DNA of 64,000 nucleotides from Plasmodiophora brassicae (Eukaryota): NCBI GenBank assembly GCA_036867785.1, contig CP145411.1, positions 744,001 to 808,000 of the forward strand, read 5' to 3'. Shown piece by piece: positions 25,972 to 37,494 of this stretch (position 1 is its first letter; each line of letters starts with the position of its first letter). The notes under the pieces were generated by a model. It saw only the letters and a program-made list of their open reading frames with translations, ran no database searches and was not told where the DNA came from. The position numbers and the translations under genes were made by a program.

Positions 25972-27228
25972 ATGACGGCGGAGGACCAGGCCTATGGGCT
26001 GCGTGGGCACGCCCACCCTGTGGCATGCCTGCTTGCCCTACCTCGTAGCGATGCAACAGGGCGTACCATGTTGGCGTCCGGGTACGAATAGGCAATGTCA
26101 CCGGATGGGCCTGTCTGACGGATACGGCCAGCGACGGGAACGGTGAGATCCGGCTGTGGTCGCTAGTGACTCGACGTGCGACCCGTGTTATCCAGTCCGG
26201 ACATGGGAAGCATGGCGTTCTTTCATTGGCATCCATGGCGTCCAGTGAGCTCGTTTCGTAAGCCCGCACTGCTCATAGTTACCGCACTGTCTAGTCGTTA
26301 AACGATGCATGCGTCAGGCAAGGACGTGACGGATACGTGAAGCTATGGGATCTGAACGCCACTGGAGATAGTACACCGTCTTCGACGGTGGATACGTCTT
26401 CGCGGTCGTTCTGCCGGATGGCGGTCCTCCCGGAGAGATCCGTCGTCATCGTCCCCAGCGCGGATTGTGACGAGGTCTATCAAGGTGGATGGCAATGTAA
26501 ACTCATCCAATGCTGAACGTTTGGAGCACGAAACCAGGTTTGTCTATGGAACATGAAGGCTGGCGTGTTGACTCTCAAGTTCGATATGAAAGCCGGAGGG
26601 GGCAAACGCGGTAAATGTCGTTGCCACGTCAGGTCGCGATGTTTGAGACAGACTTCGTCCGTAGGGATGTGTACTTGCATCGAAGTTGTTTCAGCTCATT
26701 GTATCCTGTCCGGATCGGAAGGCGGGTTCGTAGATTTATGGGATGAGAGGCAACCGCGTGCTCCTGTATCGTCGTACCAGGGTAGCCAGTCTCCTTGTGA
26801 GTTCTGCACCGCCCTCCTTCCATGTCCGTTCTGACATTGTGTTTACAGCGTTCTCTATCGCCTATAACCCTGTTATCGAGGGCTTCATCTCGGGATCCTC
26901 AGATAACGTTTTGTACGCTGCAGAAATATCGAATGGCTCCATCGTTGGTCTTCCATCCGGAAACATCACCATGTGCGCCGAAGGGTGCTCGCGGGTCGTA
27001 TCAAGTCCCGACCACCAGCTGCTGGCAAGTTGCACATGGTCGAATTCAGTCTTAGTGTATACGTGGAAATCTCTTCGTCTCGTCCGTCAACTTCAATGGC
27101 ACCGAGAGGGCGTTCTGGATGTTGCATTCCTACCTCATGATGGAGAATCTCCACACTGTACTGTTCTTGCGACAGCCGGCAAAGACAGCAAGATTGCTGT
27201 ACATACGTTATGCCAACGGCAGTTATGA
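25972..27228 (+). CDS. WD40 protein GNB1L/ASA1-like (multi-exon)
   Basis: LRGHAHPV, GEIRLWSLVTRR, QGRDGYVKLWD, FCRM, LQWHREGVLDVAF, LATAGKDSKIAV. Confidence 0.65.
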
Positions 27229-28107
27229 AGCGGGGCATGTTTGGTCTCTCTTTGCCTTCTGGTTAGGAACTACCTACTTCTATATATTAACCGCACATAT
27301 GTACCATGATAATTCCGAGATGCGAACGGGTACCCTATTCACGACCAGTTGGAAGAAATGCTCCTTGCAGTAGACGAACACTCATGAGTTGTGTTACGGA
27401 TGAAAACACGACAGGATTGATGCCGTACTCCATCAGGCTAGAGTAAACCGTCGCAAGAATGCAGGGGTTTATACCTTGACTAGAAGGAGTGGTTGAGGAC
27501 CCCTCAGGCTAAATGGGTGTCCTCGCGATCCGGTTTGACTTTTGACTTCATATCCGATCCCCTGTCGTCACCCTTCGGCCACACACATATATGCATGGTC
27601 CTCGGATGCGCCCATAATTCGAGGCCGTCTATCGTGCAGGGTTCCGCAGCATGCAACCCACAACCAGTGACATTTCATCGTCGAGACGTGCCTCCCTCCA
27701 CTCCAACAAAGCAATAAATGTTTCCTGGAGAGACGCCGATGGAACGGAACGAGCGACTGCGGAAGATTCTCCGGATACCTAATCAAGTTCTGTCCACAGC
27801 CCAAGGGACACTGCGTGAGGCCCCCTCCTGGTGCCATTGCCTCTAGCACGTAACGCCCGTGAACCTGGTTGGTGCTGGACCTACGCATGGTGGTGCAATG
27901 CACCTTACAGAAACGTACCAGGTGGCCCGCAGGTCTACTAACAAGGAAACGTTAAGCCCGATGTGATGTCCCGCTCGCTGCTGCCGGCAAACTAACTTGT
28001 AGCGTCGCGAGTCGCGACTCTGGACGGGTGAAGGAGGAAGGCACCAAAAAAGCGCCGCTGGATTTTCTCGGTGTGCAGTTCACAACAGTTGGGGCGCCGG
28101 GACGACA

Positions 28108-30023
28108 ATGGAGATCGCGCTGACGGTTGGGGTAGATCGCGGAGTGTTAAATGGGCAAGGCGGGCAAGTTATCTACCTCGGAAAGCAGGCGGCGCTGCTG
28201 TCGGACGCTAGCTCCAAGGCGCTGACAGCAGCCGTGCCGGGCCTGGCGATCTCGACTGCACATGCCGCGATTCGTGCGATTGGTGCAGGAGGACACACCG
28301 GAAAGACAACAACGTTCTGGCACAGCCAGGGCGAGTCAGAGCCTGCTATTGAAGTTGTGCTACACAGCAGGGCGGAAGCGTGCTCTCGTCACAACAGCAG
28401 CGGGCGCCCGGATGACATCTCAGACTGTCTCGAATCCGCGTTCGGTTCCTCTGCGAATCATACCCGGTTCGCCGTGCTGCTTGCTGTAGACACTGCCGAC
28501 GAAGCCTTTGCTGCTGGATGCGCCTCGTATGTCAAAAGGCGCATGACTTTGAGATTTGGTGTATCAGAGCTCATGTCTTGTCTTCGTACAGAGCCCGAGC
28601 GGCGCACTGGTTTTCTGTGAAGAATGGCGCATCTGAAGTGACGGATAACTGGAGCACTCGTCAACTACGCATTCATTTCATCTTGGAAAATGCTGAGCAG
28701 AAGCAACTGCTCTCCCCACGTTTACCGCTTCTGTCACAGACGATCAAGGGTATTCGCAATGCTGCTCGTCTCGTCGATATGCCCTGTTCGATGCTGAATA
28801 CCGACGCTTTTGTTACTATTGCATCCGAGATCCACAGTAATGACGAGGGCGGGTATGCATTATTCATGAGTCCTCACCAACTTATGTAGAGGACCTGAAG
28901 GCCAAGGGGCACCCCGTCGAGATTGAGGTAGGATTTGCTTTTTCGGTAACCCCCGTTATGTGCATTATAACGACATACGTTGAGGCAGGTAATTCGCCCT
29001 GATGCCGAGAGTAAATTCGGTGGTCTCTGGGGCGTGGGTAAGGCGGCCGTATCGCCTCCAGCGCTGGTCGTATTGAGCTACAAGCCGCAAAATGCCAAGA
29101 GAACGCTTGCTTTTGTTGGGAAAGGAATAGGTAAGGTATCAATAGGACTAGATTATCTGTCCTGTCCAACCCTCAAGAACAGTGTACGATACCGGTGGCC
29201 TGTCCATTAAGCCGAGAGACGCAATGATTGGCATGAAACGCGACATGGGAGGAGCCGCCGCCATTCTGTTTGCCTTCGAAGTTCTTGTCAAGAATACCTC
29301 CTCCGATAACGTTCACGCGTTGCTGTGTCTCGCGGAGAACGCAGTCGGGCCGAAGTCTACGCGCCCTGACGACATTCTTCGCATGCTCTCGGGGAAGACT
29401 GTTGAAGTCAACAACACTGATGCAGAGGGGCGACTCGTCCTTGCTGATGGGGTCAGCTGATTTCTGATCAGTCTTGACATGTGCTCAACTTTGTTTTAGG
29501 TTCACTATGCGTCTAAGCACCTGAACCCAGATATCATTGTCGATATGGCCACGTTAACTGGGGCTCAGGGCATTGCGACAGGCGTGCACCATGCTGCGCT
29601 GTATTGTGATGATGAAGGTCTTGAAAAGTCTTGTTTGACTGCTGGTCGGCGGTCCGGTGATTTATGCCACGCCCTCCCCTTTGCGCCCGAGTTCTTCTTC
29701 CGCGAGTTCAAATCTAAGGTTGTCGGACCGGTTGCGTATGTGTTTATATTTCGCTTACAAATCATCTAGGTCGCCGACATGAAGAACAGCGTTGCGTGCC
29801 GTACGAACGCTCAGAGTTCATGCGCGGGTGAGTTCATTCGAAACCATATCGCGGAGAACTACAAGGGCAGTTGGATGCACATTGATATCGCGTACCCTGC
29901 CGAAAGCGGAGAACGTGGCACAGGGTCAGTATTAAGACGAAAACTGTGGCTTCGTACTTAAAATGGATATGTAGATTCGGCGTCGCCTTGTTGGTCCAAT
30001 TGTTCCATCAAATTCTCAACTGA
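28108..30023 (+). CDS. NPEPL1: M17 aminopeptidase, NPEPL1-like (multi-exon)
   Basis: GKGI/YDTGGLSIK, MKRDMGGAAA, NNTDAEGRLVLADG, MATLTGAQGIATG, MKNSV...NAQSSCAG. Confidence 0.88.
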
Positions 30024-30093
30024 TCTGCAAACTACAAACGGCTGCTGTCGTTAATGAATAATGGCCCTTGAATAGCCTCAGTTGCTTGCTGGC

Positions 30094-30510
30094 TGTTGCA
30101 TAACCAGGATAACGTTCAGACGGACAGTAATGGAGCCATCGACCCGGGGCAAGTTCCAGTTGTCAGCACGTTCGCTGGTCGATGGATGCACGCTGTCCTC
30201 GTCCAGAAACCTGTGTTTCAGGGTCCTGCATCCTATTCGTGTGCATGGTTCCTGCAGATCCCATATTGTCCTGCAATGCGCGCTGTGAACTCGTGCTACG
30301 ACTCATGACCCATCTGCTCCTTTGCGTCCTTGGCATTTTCACAATAAAATCTATTAACGGTCAGGTGTTTAATTGAATGAATCAATGTACTATCGTATCG
30401 CGCATCCTACTGGTATCGCGCGGCGTGGGCAGCCAGGGTCTGACCTGAGTCGTGGACGCCGGAATGTTCTGTGCTCGAGTTGGAATGTTCTCAGGGTTGC
30501 AACTTCAACA
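30094..30510 (-). mobile_element. 3' LTR of a Ty1/copia element
   Basis: On minus strand starts TGTTG right after a polypurine tract and ends CAACA at 30094 (417 bp). The left boundary rests on the terminal motif only. Confidence 0.65.
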
Positions 30511-30512
30511 GG

Positions 30513-30527
30513 CCCCCCTCCCCCTCC
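30513..30527 (-). other. Polypurine tract of the copia element
   Basis: GGAGGGGGAGGGGGG, then CC, then TGTTGAAG. Confidence 0.75.
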
Positions 30528-30549
30528 GCATCATTCGCGACTGGTGTGT

Positions 30550-30690
30550 ACTTGATGCCCATCTGCTCAACGCAGAAGACGAACTTGGGTTTCGACACGG
30601 GTTTAGTTAGGTCGTCGGCGATCATCTCCGCGATGGGTATGTGCTTGACTCGCACCGTTCCAGCCCTTTCCTGCTCTCGAGTGTGTAGAA
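30550..30690 (-). mobile_element. Copia RNase H C-terminal fragment
   Basis: TREQERAGTVRVKHIPIAEMIADDLTKPVSKPKFVFCVEQMG matches the copia ADxxTKP motif. Confidence 0.82.
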
Positions 30691-30858
30691 ATGGGCCGGC
30701 TATTTATGGCTAATTCCTTACATCAGCCTGACTCTGGTGACGTCACTGCATGACATCACCCGCTAGGCGCTATTCCCCCACTGGCACCTCTGTTGACACT
30801 GTCACGGCTACTAGCATGATGACACACAGGCCCAGTATGGCCTGTGATCAAGCGAGTT

Positions 30859-32450
30859 CTTTAGTGGTTCTCGACCTACTTAGCATTTCTACGAGACTTC
30901 TACCCACGCTGCACATAAGCCAGTATCGACATGGCGATCAACGCACAAGTAAGCGACGCGTTCATGCTGCCGAGCACGAAGAAGCTCGATGCGCCGTCGA
31001 TCCAAAGGCTGCAGGAACAGTACGACAAGTACTGTGCAGCTGTCGTTACCGATCGGGAACGGCAGCGGCCTGCGAGCCAGAGGGTCAAACCGCAGTCGAT
31101 TGTCCACTGTTTCACGGCCGCGCAATTGAAGCTCGTCGCGCTGGATGAACTAGAGTTGGTATCCGTAGACGAGATGACGGAGACCACTCTGAAGCAGTGG
31201 ATGGCCGATACGATCAACGATCTGCGAAAAGGCCATGGACTGCAGCCGAATGAGATGGCGGGAAGGTTGGCAAGCCACGTCTACATGAACGTCAACCTGG
31301 CCACCTTACGGGACATGATCCAGTGCTGGAGTCGCTCAACGAGCACGAGCAGCGTCTGGGTTATGATCTGCGGTCCAGCGTGGGGGGGGCAGGAAGGCGC
31401 GCGTCAGCCTGTTCGTCGACGCGATGCAACCACTCCGCTTGCGCCAGCACTTGCGCCGATGGGTAACTGATGATAAGCCTGCACGAGAAGGCAACATCGT
31501 CGCGGTGAAGGCAGAGGCGAAGCGTTGGGCGGATGCGTTCCTGCTGGCTCATAAGGCTTGCTAGGCTTCGGCGAAGGTGCGACTTTTGCTAGTGCAGGTT
31601 CGGATCGATAGCGCTTGAATCGGTCCACTCGTCCTGCTGGGGTAGCGCGCCCGGTACCGGGACGGCCTCCACCTGCGGCGTGTTGCTTGTCATGCTGACG
31701 AAGCTCGGCGGCCGTGCGCTTAGGCGTGTTGCCTAGCGCATTCGCCTCGTTCTTATGAGCCAGCAGGAACGCATCCGCCCAACGCTTCGTCTCTGCCTTC
31801 ACCGCGACGATGTTGCCTTCTCGTGCAGGCTTATCATCAGTTACCCATTGGCGCAAGTGCTGGCGCAAGCGGAGTGGTTGCATCGCGTCGACGAACAGGC
31901 TGACGCGCGCCTTCCTGCCCCCCACGCTGGACCGCAGATCATAACCCAGACGGTGCTCGTGCTCGTTGAGCGACTCCAGCACCGACTGGATCATGTCCCG
32001 TAAGGTGGCCAGGTTGACGTTCATGTAGACGTGGCTTGCCAACCTGCCCGCCATCTCATTCGGCTGCAGTCCATGGCCTTTTCGCAGATCGTTGATCGTA
32101 TCGGCCATCCACTGCTTCAGAGTGGTCTCCGTCATCTCGTCTACGGATACCAACTCTAGTTCATCCAGCGCGACGAGCTTCAATTGCGCGGCCGTGAAAC
32201 AGTGGACAATCGACTGCGGTTTGACCCTCTGGCTCGCAGGCCGCTGCCGTTCCCGATCGGTAACGACAGCTGCACAGTACTTGTCGTACTGTTCCTGCAG
32301 CCTTTGGATCGACGGCGCATCGAGCTTCTTCGTGCTCGGCAGCATGAACGCGTCGCTTACTTGTGCGTTGATCGCCATGTCGATACTGGCTTATGTGCAG
32401 CGTGGGTAGAAGTCTCGTAGAAATGCTAAGTAGGTCGAGAACCACTAAAG
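30859..32450. repeat. Inverted repeat: arms 30859-31555 and 31752-32450, 196-bp spacer
   Basis: Same ORF start MAINAQVSDAFMLP at 30931(+) and 32378(-); arms differ by a few substitutions and indels. Confidence 0.95.
31556..32378 (-). mobile_element. Truncated gag-like ORF of a probable Ty3/gypsy element
   Basis: Helical ORF resembling gag proteins I recall from oomycete-type gypsy elements; preceded by a PBS-like TGGTTCTCGACC; the plus copy is frameshifted. Confidence 0.5.
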
Positions 32451-32461
32451 CTAGCTCTGAG

Positions 32462-33050
32462 GTAGAGCGCCATGCACCCTGCGCGGACTGTCGACGTCGC
32501 GACTGACGACTGTAGCTTGGATTTCCACCCGATCGGACCGTGCGCCATCATGATCACGTATCCTGTCGTGGAGCGACATGTGTCCGGCCGTTCACGAAGT
32601 CGCTACCGCTTGTATGTTATACCAGGTGTCTTCGTACCTTTAAGGTACCGGAGGATGTGCTGGGCAGCGTGCCTTCTTGCGCGTGGGATCCCAGATTCTG
32701 TATATATGCCTTCCGGTTGGGTGTGTATCCGACGAACACTCCTCGGAGGGCGTGCTGTGCGTGTGGATCTGACCTGTTGGGGTAGATGGCGTAACAGTCA
32801 CAACCGGGAAAGCGCAAATGCGATAGGTCTGGGAGTGCCCGAACCACATCTCGAACGGTGTCTTTCCATCGAGTGTCGCATGCGGTCTCCGGTTGAGCAG
32901 GTACACGGCTATGGGTACGAAGAATGGCCAGAAGTCGGCCGGGGAGAGTCGCGCGTCGTGTCGCGTTGCCTCTGCCGCTTCCCATATTGTGCGATTGAGC
33001 CGCTCAGGTATGCCATTCGCCTGTGGGCTGTGCTCGATGTCTTCGTCCTC
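32462..33050 (-). mobile_element. Copia pol fragment: integrase end, SH3, RT deleted, RNase H start
   Basis: SPQANGIPERLNRT, FWPF...AVYLLNRRP...KTPFEMWFG, GCDCY, GVFVGY, HILRYLKGT, RSTTGYV...PIGWKSKLQSSVATST. Confidence 0.88.
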
Positions 33051-33651
33051 TAGGTAGGTCCCGAATTTGTTGCATACCGCGGCCTCATATCTTTCGAACG
33101 ATCAAGCTGCTGGCCTCGTCTCGCGAGTGCGTCAGTCCAGTTCCCTCTACGTACATAGATTGCGCCCAGTGCGTTCGTAAAAAGTGTGTTGTGGCGTCTG
33201 AGCGGGTAACGTTATCCCATGGGGGGATCCGCACGCAATCGCAAGAAGAGCGGCGGCGTGGCCCGGGGCGGCAAGCGCCCAGGCAGCGGTCGCCCGACCA
33301 ATGCGGTCGTGTTGGAGCGTCAACGAGCCAGGCAGCGCGAAGCTCTACATGCCATGGAATTCTTTGTTCGGGGTTCTAGACACCCAGCTGAGTCCAACTC
33401 TTCGGTTGACGTTGCGCCGCCCGCCGATCGATTACCCGCTGGATGTGGTCAGGGTACCGGCCGTGGCTGTTCCATCTGCGGATCCTGCAGATGATTCTCG
33501 TCCTGCTGGGTCCCTATCGACTTCTGTGGTAGACGACCCGGCGCCTTCCGTTGGTTCTGGGCCAGCGATCTCTGGTGCTGGTGAATCTGGCGTTAGTTCG
33601 GAATCGCGTTCAACTTCACTCGCAAAGGGAGCTCTTGCAGTGCTTGCTGGG

Positions 33652-34537
33652 AAACAGTTTGCCAAGGTGGATAATATTTCGAAGTACGTGGAACCTGAGC
33701 AGATTATCCAGACGAATGCGTCATCCGAGCGGTTGCGGCACAGCAGGAAGTGGTGCCCTGCGGGATCAATCGTGGAAGAGCAATTGCGCAAACTGAGGGA
33801 TGCCTTTCGTGCCCCAACGCAGACGCAAGGGCCAGGATACTTGCACAAACAGGGTGTGAAACTCTTTCGCCCAGAGGATCCTTACATCCAGCTCTGTAAG
33901 TTTGACAGGTCTCAACTTTGCCCATATGGGCTGTTCTTGAACGAATCCTTCTGCTTTGATCCGTTCGCCGCTGATCCTCTTTTGCGTTCCTGCCACCGTT
34001 GTACGAACGGGAAGCTTTGTAGTAATGGTCTGTCTGAAGCGCGGCGTGTCGTTGGTATCAACGACATATTGTTGCTCTTCGGGAAGGATATTTATTGTAA
34101 CCCTTCCCGAAGAGCAACAATATGTCGTTGATACCAACGACACGCCGCGCTTCAGACAAACCATTACTACAAAGCTTCCCGTTCGTACAACGGTGGCAGG
34201 AACGCAAAAGAGGATCAGCGGCGAACGGATCAAAGCAGAAGGATTCGTTCAAGAACAGCCCATATGGGCAAAGTTGAGACCTGTCAAGCTTACAGAGCTG
34301 GATGTAAGGATCCTCTGGGCGAAAGAGTTTCACACCCTGTTTGTGCAAGTATCCTGGCCCTTGCGTCTGCGTTGGGGCACGAAAGGCATCCCTCAGTTTG
34401 CGCAATTGCTCTTCCACGATTGATCCCGCAGGGCACCACTTCCTGCTGTGCCGCAACCGCTCGGATGACGCATTCGTCTGGATAATCTGCTCAGGTTCCA
34501 CGTACTTCGAAATATTATCCACCTTGGCAAACTGTTT
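33652..34537. repeat. Near-perfect palindrome: 436-bp arms (33652-34087, 34102-34537), 14-nt loop
   Basis: Centre ctcttcgggaagg-atatttattgtaac-ccttcccgaagag; mirrored ORFs in the track. Confidence 0.95.
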
Positions 34538-34810
34538 GTTCGGGGTTCTAGACACCCAGCTGAGTCCTACTCTTCGGTTGACGTTGCGCCGCCCGCTGAT
34601 CGATTACCCGCTGGATGTGGTCAGGGTACCGGCCGTGGCTGTTCCATCTGCGGATCCTGCAGATGATTCTCGTCCTGCTGGGTTCCTATCGACTTCTGTG
34701 GTAGACGACCCGGCGCCTTCCGTTGGTTCTGGGCCAGCGATCTCTGGTGCTGGTGAATCTGGCGTTAGTTCGGAACCGCGTTCAACTTCACTCGCAAAGG
34801 GAGCTCTTGC
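34535..34810 (+). repeat. 276-bp direct repeat of 33363-33638
   Basis: tttgttcggggttctagacacc...gggagctcttgc in both places, a few substitutions. Confidence 0.93.
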
Positions 34811-35319
34811 CCCGTTCGTACAACGGTGGCAGGAACGCAAAAGAGGATCAGCGGCGAACGGATCAAAGCGCAGGCTGCTGCGACATCATCCTCTCAACCT
34901 CGCATTGGTACGCAGCCGACTTGGCTGAAGGTGAAGCCGGCCAATAACCAATTATTATTTTTGTCAGTAGACAGCAACAAGCGCCGGCGAGAATCGCCAA
35001 CATGCAGAAACGGCCATTTGATCGACGGCATTTATTTCCTGTGCGGCAAAGAAAAGTGTCCCGGCATTAATAAGGACAAGACCAAGTGTCCGACTTCTCC
35101 ATCATCGTTCGTGACTCGATCCAGCGTCCGGAAGCGCAGGCACAACAATGAACGCTAGCGTGCACCGTGTTTTGATTCGTTAATCCGGGATCGATAGTTG
35201 TAGTCCGTACCTCGATCGACCATGCATTGCCTTTGTTGCTGCGGTGGGAGGCGCCTCGCTTCGCTCGGCGTTTGATGTCTTCACGTCGTTTGATTATTTT
35301 CGGATGACCCCGGTATATC

Positions 35320-35685
35320 CAGGACCAGCGCGAGTAGGTACAGTTTCGTGAATTGGGTCGTGTGGTCTGTGTGCCTTGCGAAGTAGCGAACGCCTGTGAT
35401 GCATAGCAGGCCCTTGATGCCGGACATAATGAGCTCTCCTGGCCTTTTCGCGCGTGAAGTAGAGCTCTGAAATGGGAATCTCGTCAACTTTGCCAATATA
35501 CAAGGTTCGCACAGAGTAGCCTCCTCTGTGTGAAGCCTCGCTCTCGAGAACCGTACTCCTTTGCGCGTTCCCGGCTGTGTCAGCTCTGTTCCAACAAGGC
35601 GGAAACCGAGGTGGCCACAGATCTATGATTGGTTGCAGAGCTCGGGTTTGACACCGACCGCGCCGAGATCGGTTTGAGTTCGGCG
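35320..35685 (-). mobile_element. Copia GAG-pre-integrase and integrase N-terminal fragment
   Basis: Degenerate DLW..(G)HLGF, then CEPCILAKLTRFPF...RPGELIMSGIKG...RYF...D.TTQFTKLYLL. Confidence 0.8.
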
Positions 35686-36170
35686 GACCTATCCATTTGC
35701 TCGTTCTCGGTTGTGACTGTTACGCCATCTACCCCAACAGGTCAGATCCACACGCGCAGCACGCCCTCCGAGGAGTGTTCGTCGGATACCCACCCAACCG
35801 GAAGGCATACAGAATCTGGGATCCCACGCGCAAGAAAGGCACCCTGCCCAGCACATCCTCCGGTACCTTAAAGGTACGAAGACACCTGGTATAACATACA
35901 AGCGAGATGTGGACAACCCGAATCCTGTCGTCTACTGCGATGGCGACTTCGTGAACGACCCGGACACATGCCGCTCCACGACAGGATACGTGATCATGAT
36001 GGCGCACGGTCCGATCGGGTGGAAATCCAAGCTACAGTCGTCAGTCGCGACGTCGACAGTCCACGCAGGGTGCATGGGCAGCATGGCGCTCTACGGCGCC
36101 GTCCGCGAGATTGCATGGCTTCGTCAACTGCTCGAAGGAATCGGGGTTCCGCCAAACAAGGTATCGATCG
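35686..36170 (+). mobile_element. Inverted second copy of copia SH3/RNase H (35686-36094 pairs with 32462-32829)
   Basis: GCDCY...YRIWDP, HILRYLKGT, YCDGDF...RSTTGYV...EIAWLRQLLEGIG. Confidence 0.88.
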
Positions 36171-36906
36171 GGTGCGCGCAGTTCGTGGAACAATGGGCGA
36201 CTCGACTGACCATGCGGCCGGCAACGATGGGAAACCGCAGCCGTCTCTGCAGCAGGAGCGGCAGCACCAGCACCAGCACCCTCAAAGAGATGCCCGTCTA
36301 GCCCACCTGTGTGTCTTCGGCACGTCGCTTCCTAGCGACACTGTCGTCGCCTTGCACAAGTTCATGATGAAATATATCAACTATCCTCACGTGGAGGTAA
36401 TTACCGTTTCGCTGTAGGACAATAACGCTGAATCAATGGCTGACGTATCTTCAACCACAGTTCGAAGGCAGCCTTGGCATGATTTGCCGGGACCAAGCTC
36501 GACTGAATATTGGGGTACGCTGGATGCTCAGCACTACTGGCATGGCTGATATTGCGGTTCGGCGAAGGTCATGGGAACAACACCGATCAAGCACGACTGT
36601 TTCCCTGGTACTTCTTTCGTGTCCGGGATTCAAGGCATGCAGTTCAAGCGACTAAATGAAGTTCGTTGATGCCCGGCTGGTTTGACGCGATGTCCTAACA
36701 TGTGTCTCTCGGCAGGAATTGAACAAATGGGCGAGCGCTGTCCAAGGCGGCCCGGTTAGTCTGTCATATACGCGCACGAGGGAGATCGACCATTTCCATG
36801 CTGACCGTGTTCGAGTTTCTGTCGACACACAAACAAAGAAGCCACTCCGCGCCGTATGCTTTCAACTGTTGCCCGTGTAATTGGTCGTGAACTCAACAAT
36901 TGGTTA

Positions 36907-37474
36907 TCAAAGGTTCGAAAGCAACGAATCGAGTCTCTCGATATACACGTTCCTTCCTGCCAGTACGACGTCCGTCTCAGCGCAAGCTCTGGTAACGTAC
37001 GTGTACCGCTCTCGTGACGCCTTGTAATCGAACTGTGTCATGCAGAGCAACCGTGTGGCTTTCCGACGACGGACTGCACCATGGTCCGGGTCAAGGACCG
37101 CATCTCGTACACGTTCTCGATATGGTCGCTCGACATTACTAGCGTACACGTTTCCCGATTCGTGCAGGAGCGTTTTCTGACATCGCCGATAGATTCAAAG
37201 CCATCGCGTATCGAACGGCGTTCAAGATGAGAAGTCCTCGACGACACATGAGCTCGAGCTTGAAATTGCAGATACGGCTCTCATTGTCCAGTTGGCCTCG
37301 GATGGGCGCCATGGCGAACTGCTGGAGATTTGCAATGCCTGGCTCAACAATCTCTACATGTTGTCGAAGACATGCAATTCCCCCAGTCCCCAGCACATAA
37401 AGAAACGCCCCAGAAACGGCTAGCTCGCCCGTTATACGCGCTGTGTGACGCATGAGTCCATTAATATTGTACAA
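36907..37474 (-). CDS. Hypothetical protein (possibly 2 exons)
   Basis: Two abutting minus ORFs; no recognisable domain. Confidence 0.25.
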
Positions 37475-37494
37475 ACTGTGTAGAATCTGCCGAG

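Larger units (their letters stand above)
33219..35158 (+). mobile_element. Rearranged DUF6729/Zisupton-like transposase remnant
   Basis: AT-hook-like GGKRPGSGRP; FCFDP...CHRC...LCSNG...ARRVVG; terminal KRRRESPTC...CGKEKCPG...C. Family call from recalled motif pattern. Confidence 0.45.

Noticed and set aside
27230-28100. Gene or ncRNA in a long intergenic gap
   Set aside because: No motif, repeat or coding signal that I can support
31404-32378. 324-aa ORF as an intact protein
   Set aside because: Its C-terminus is read-through into the opposite arm of the inverted repeat
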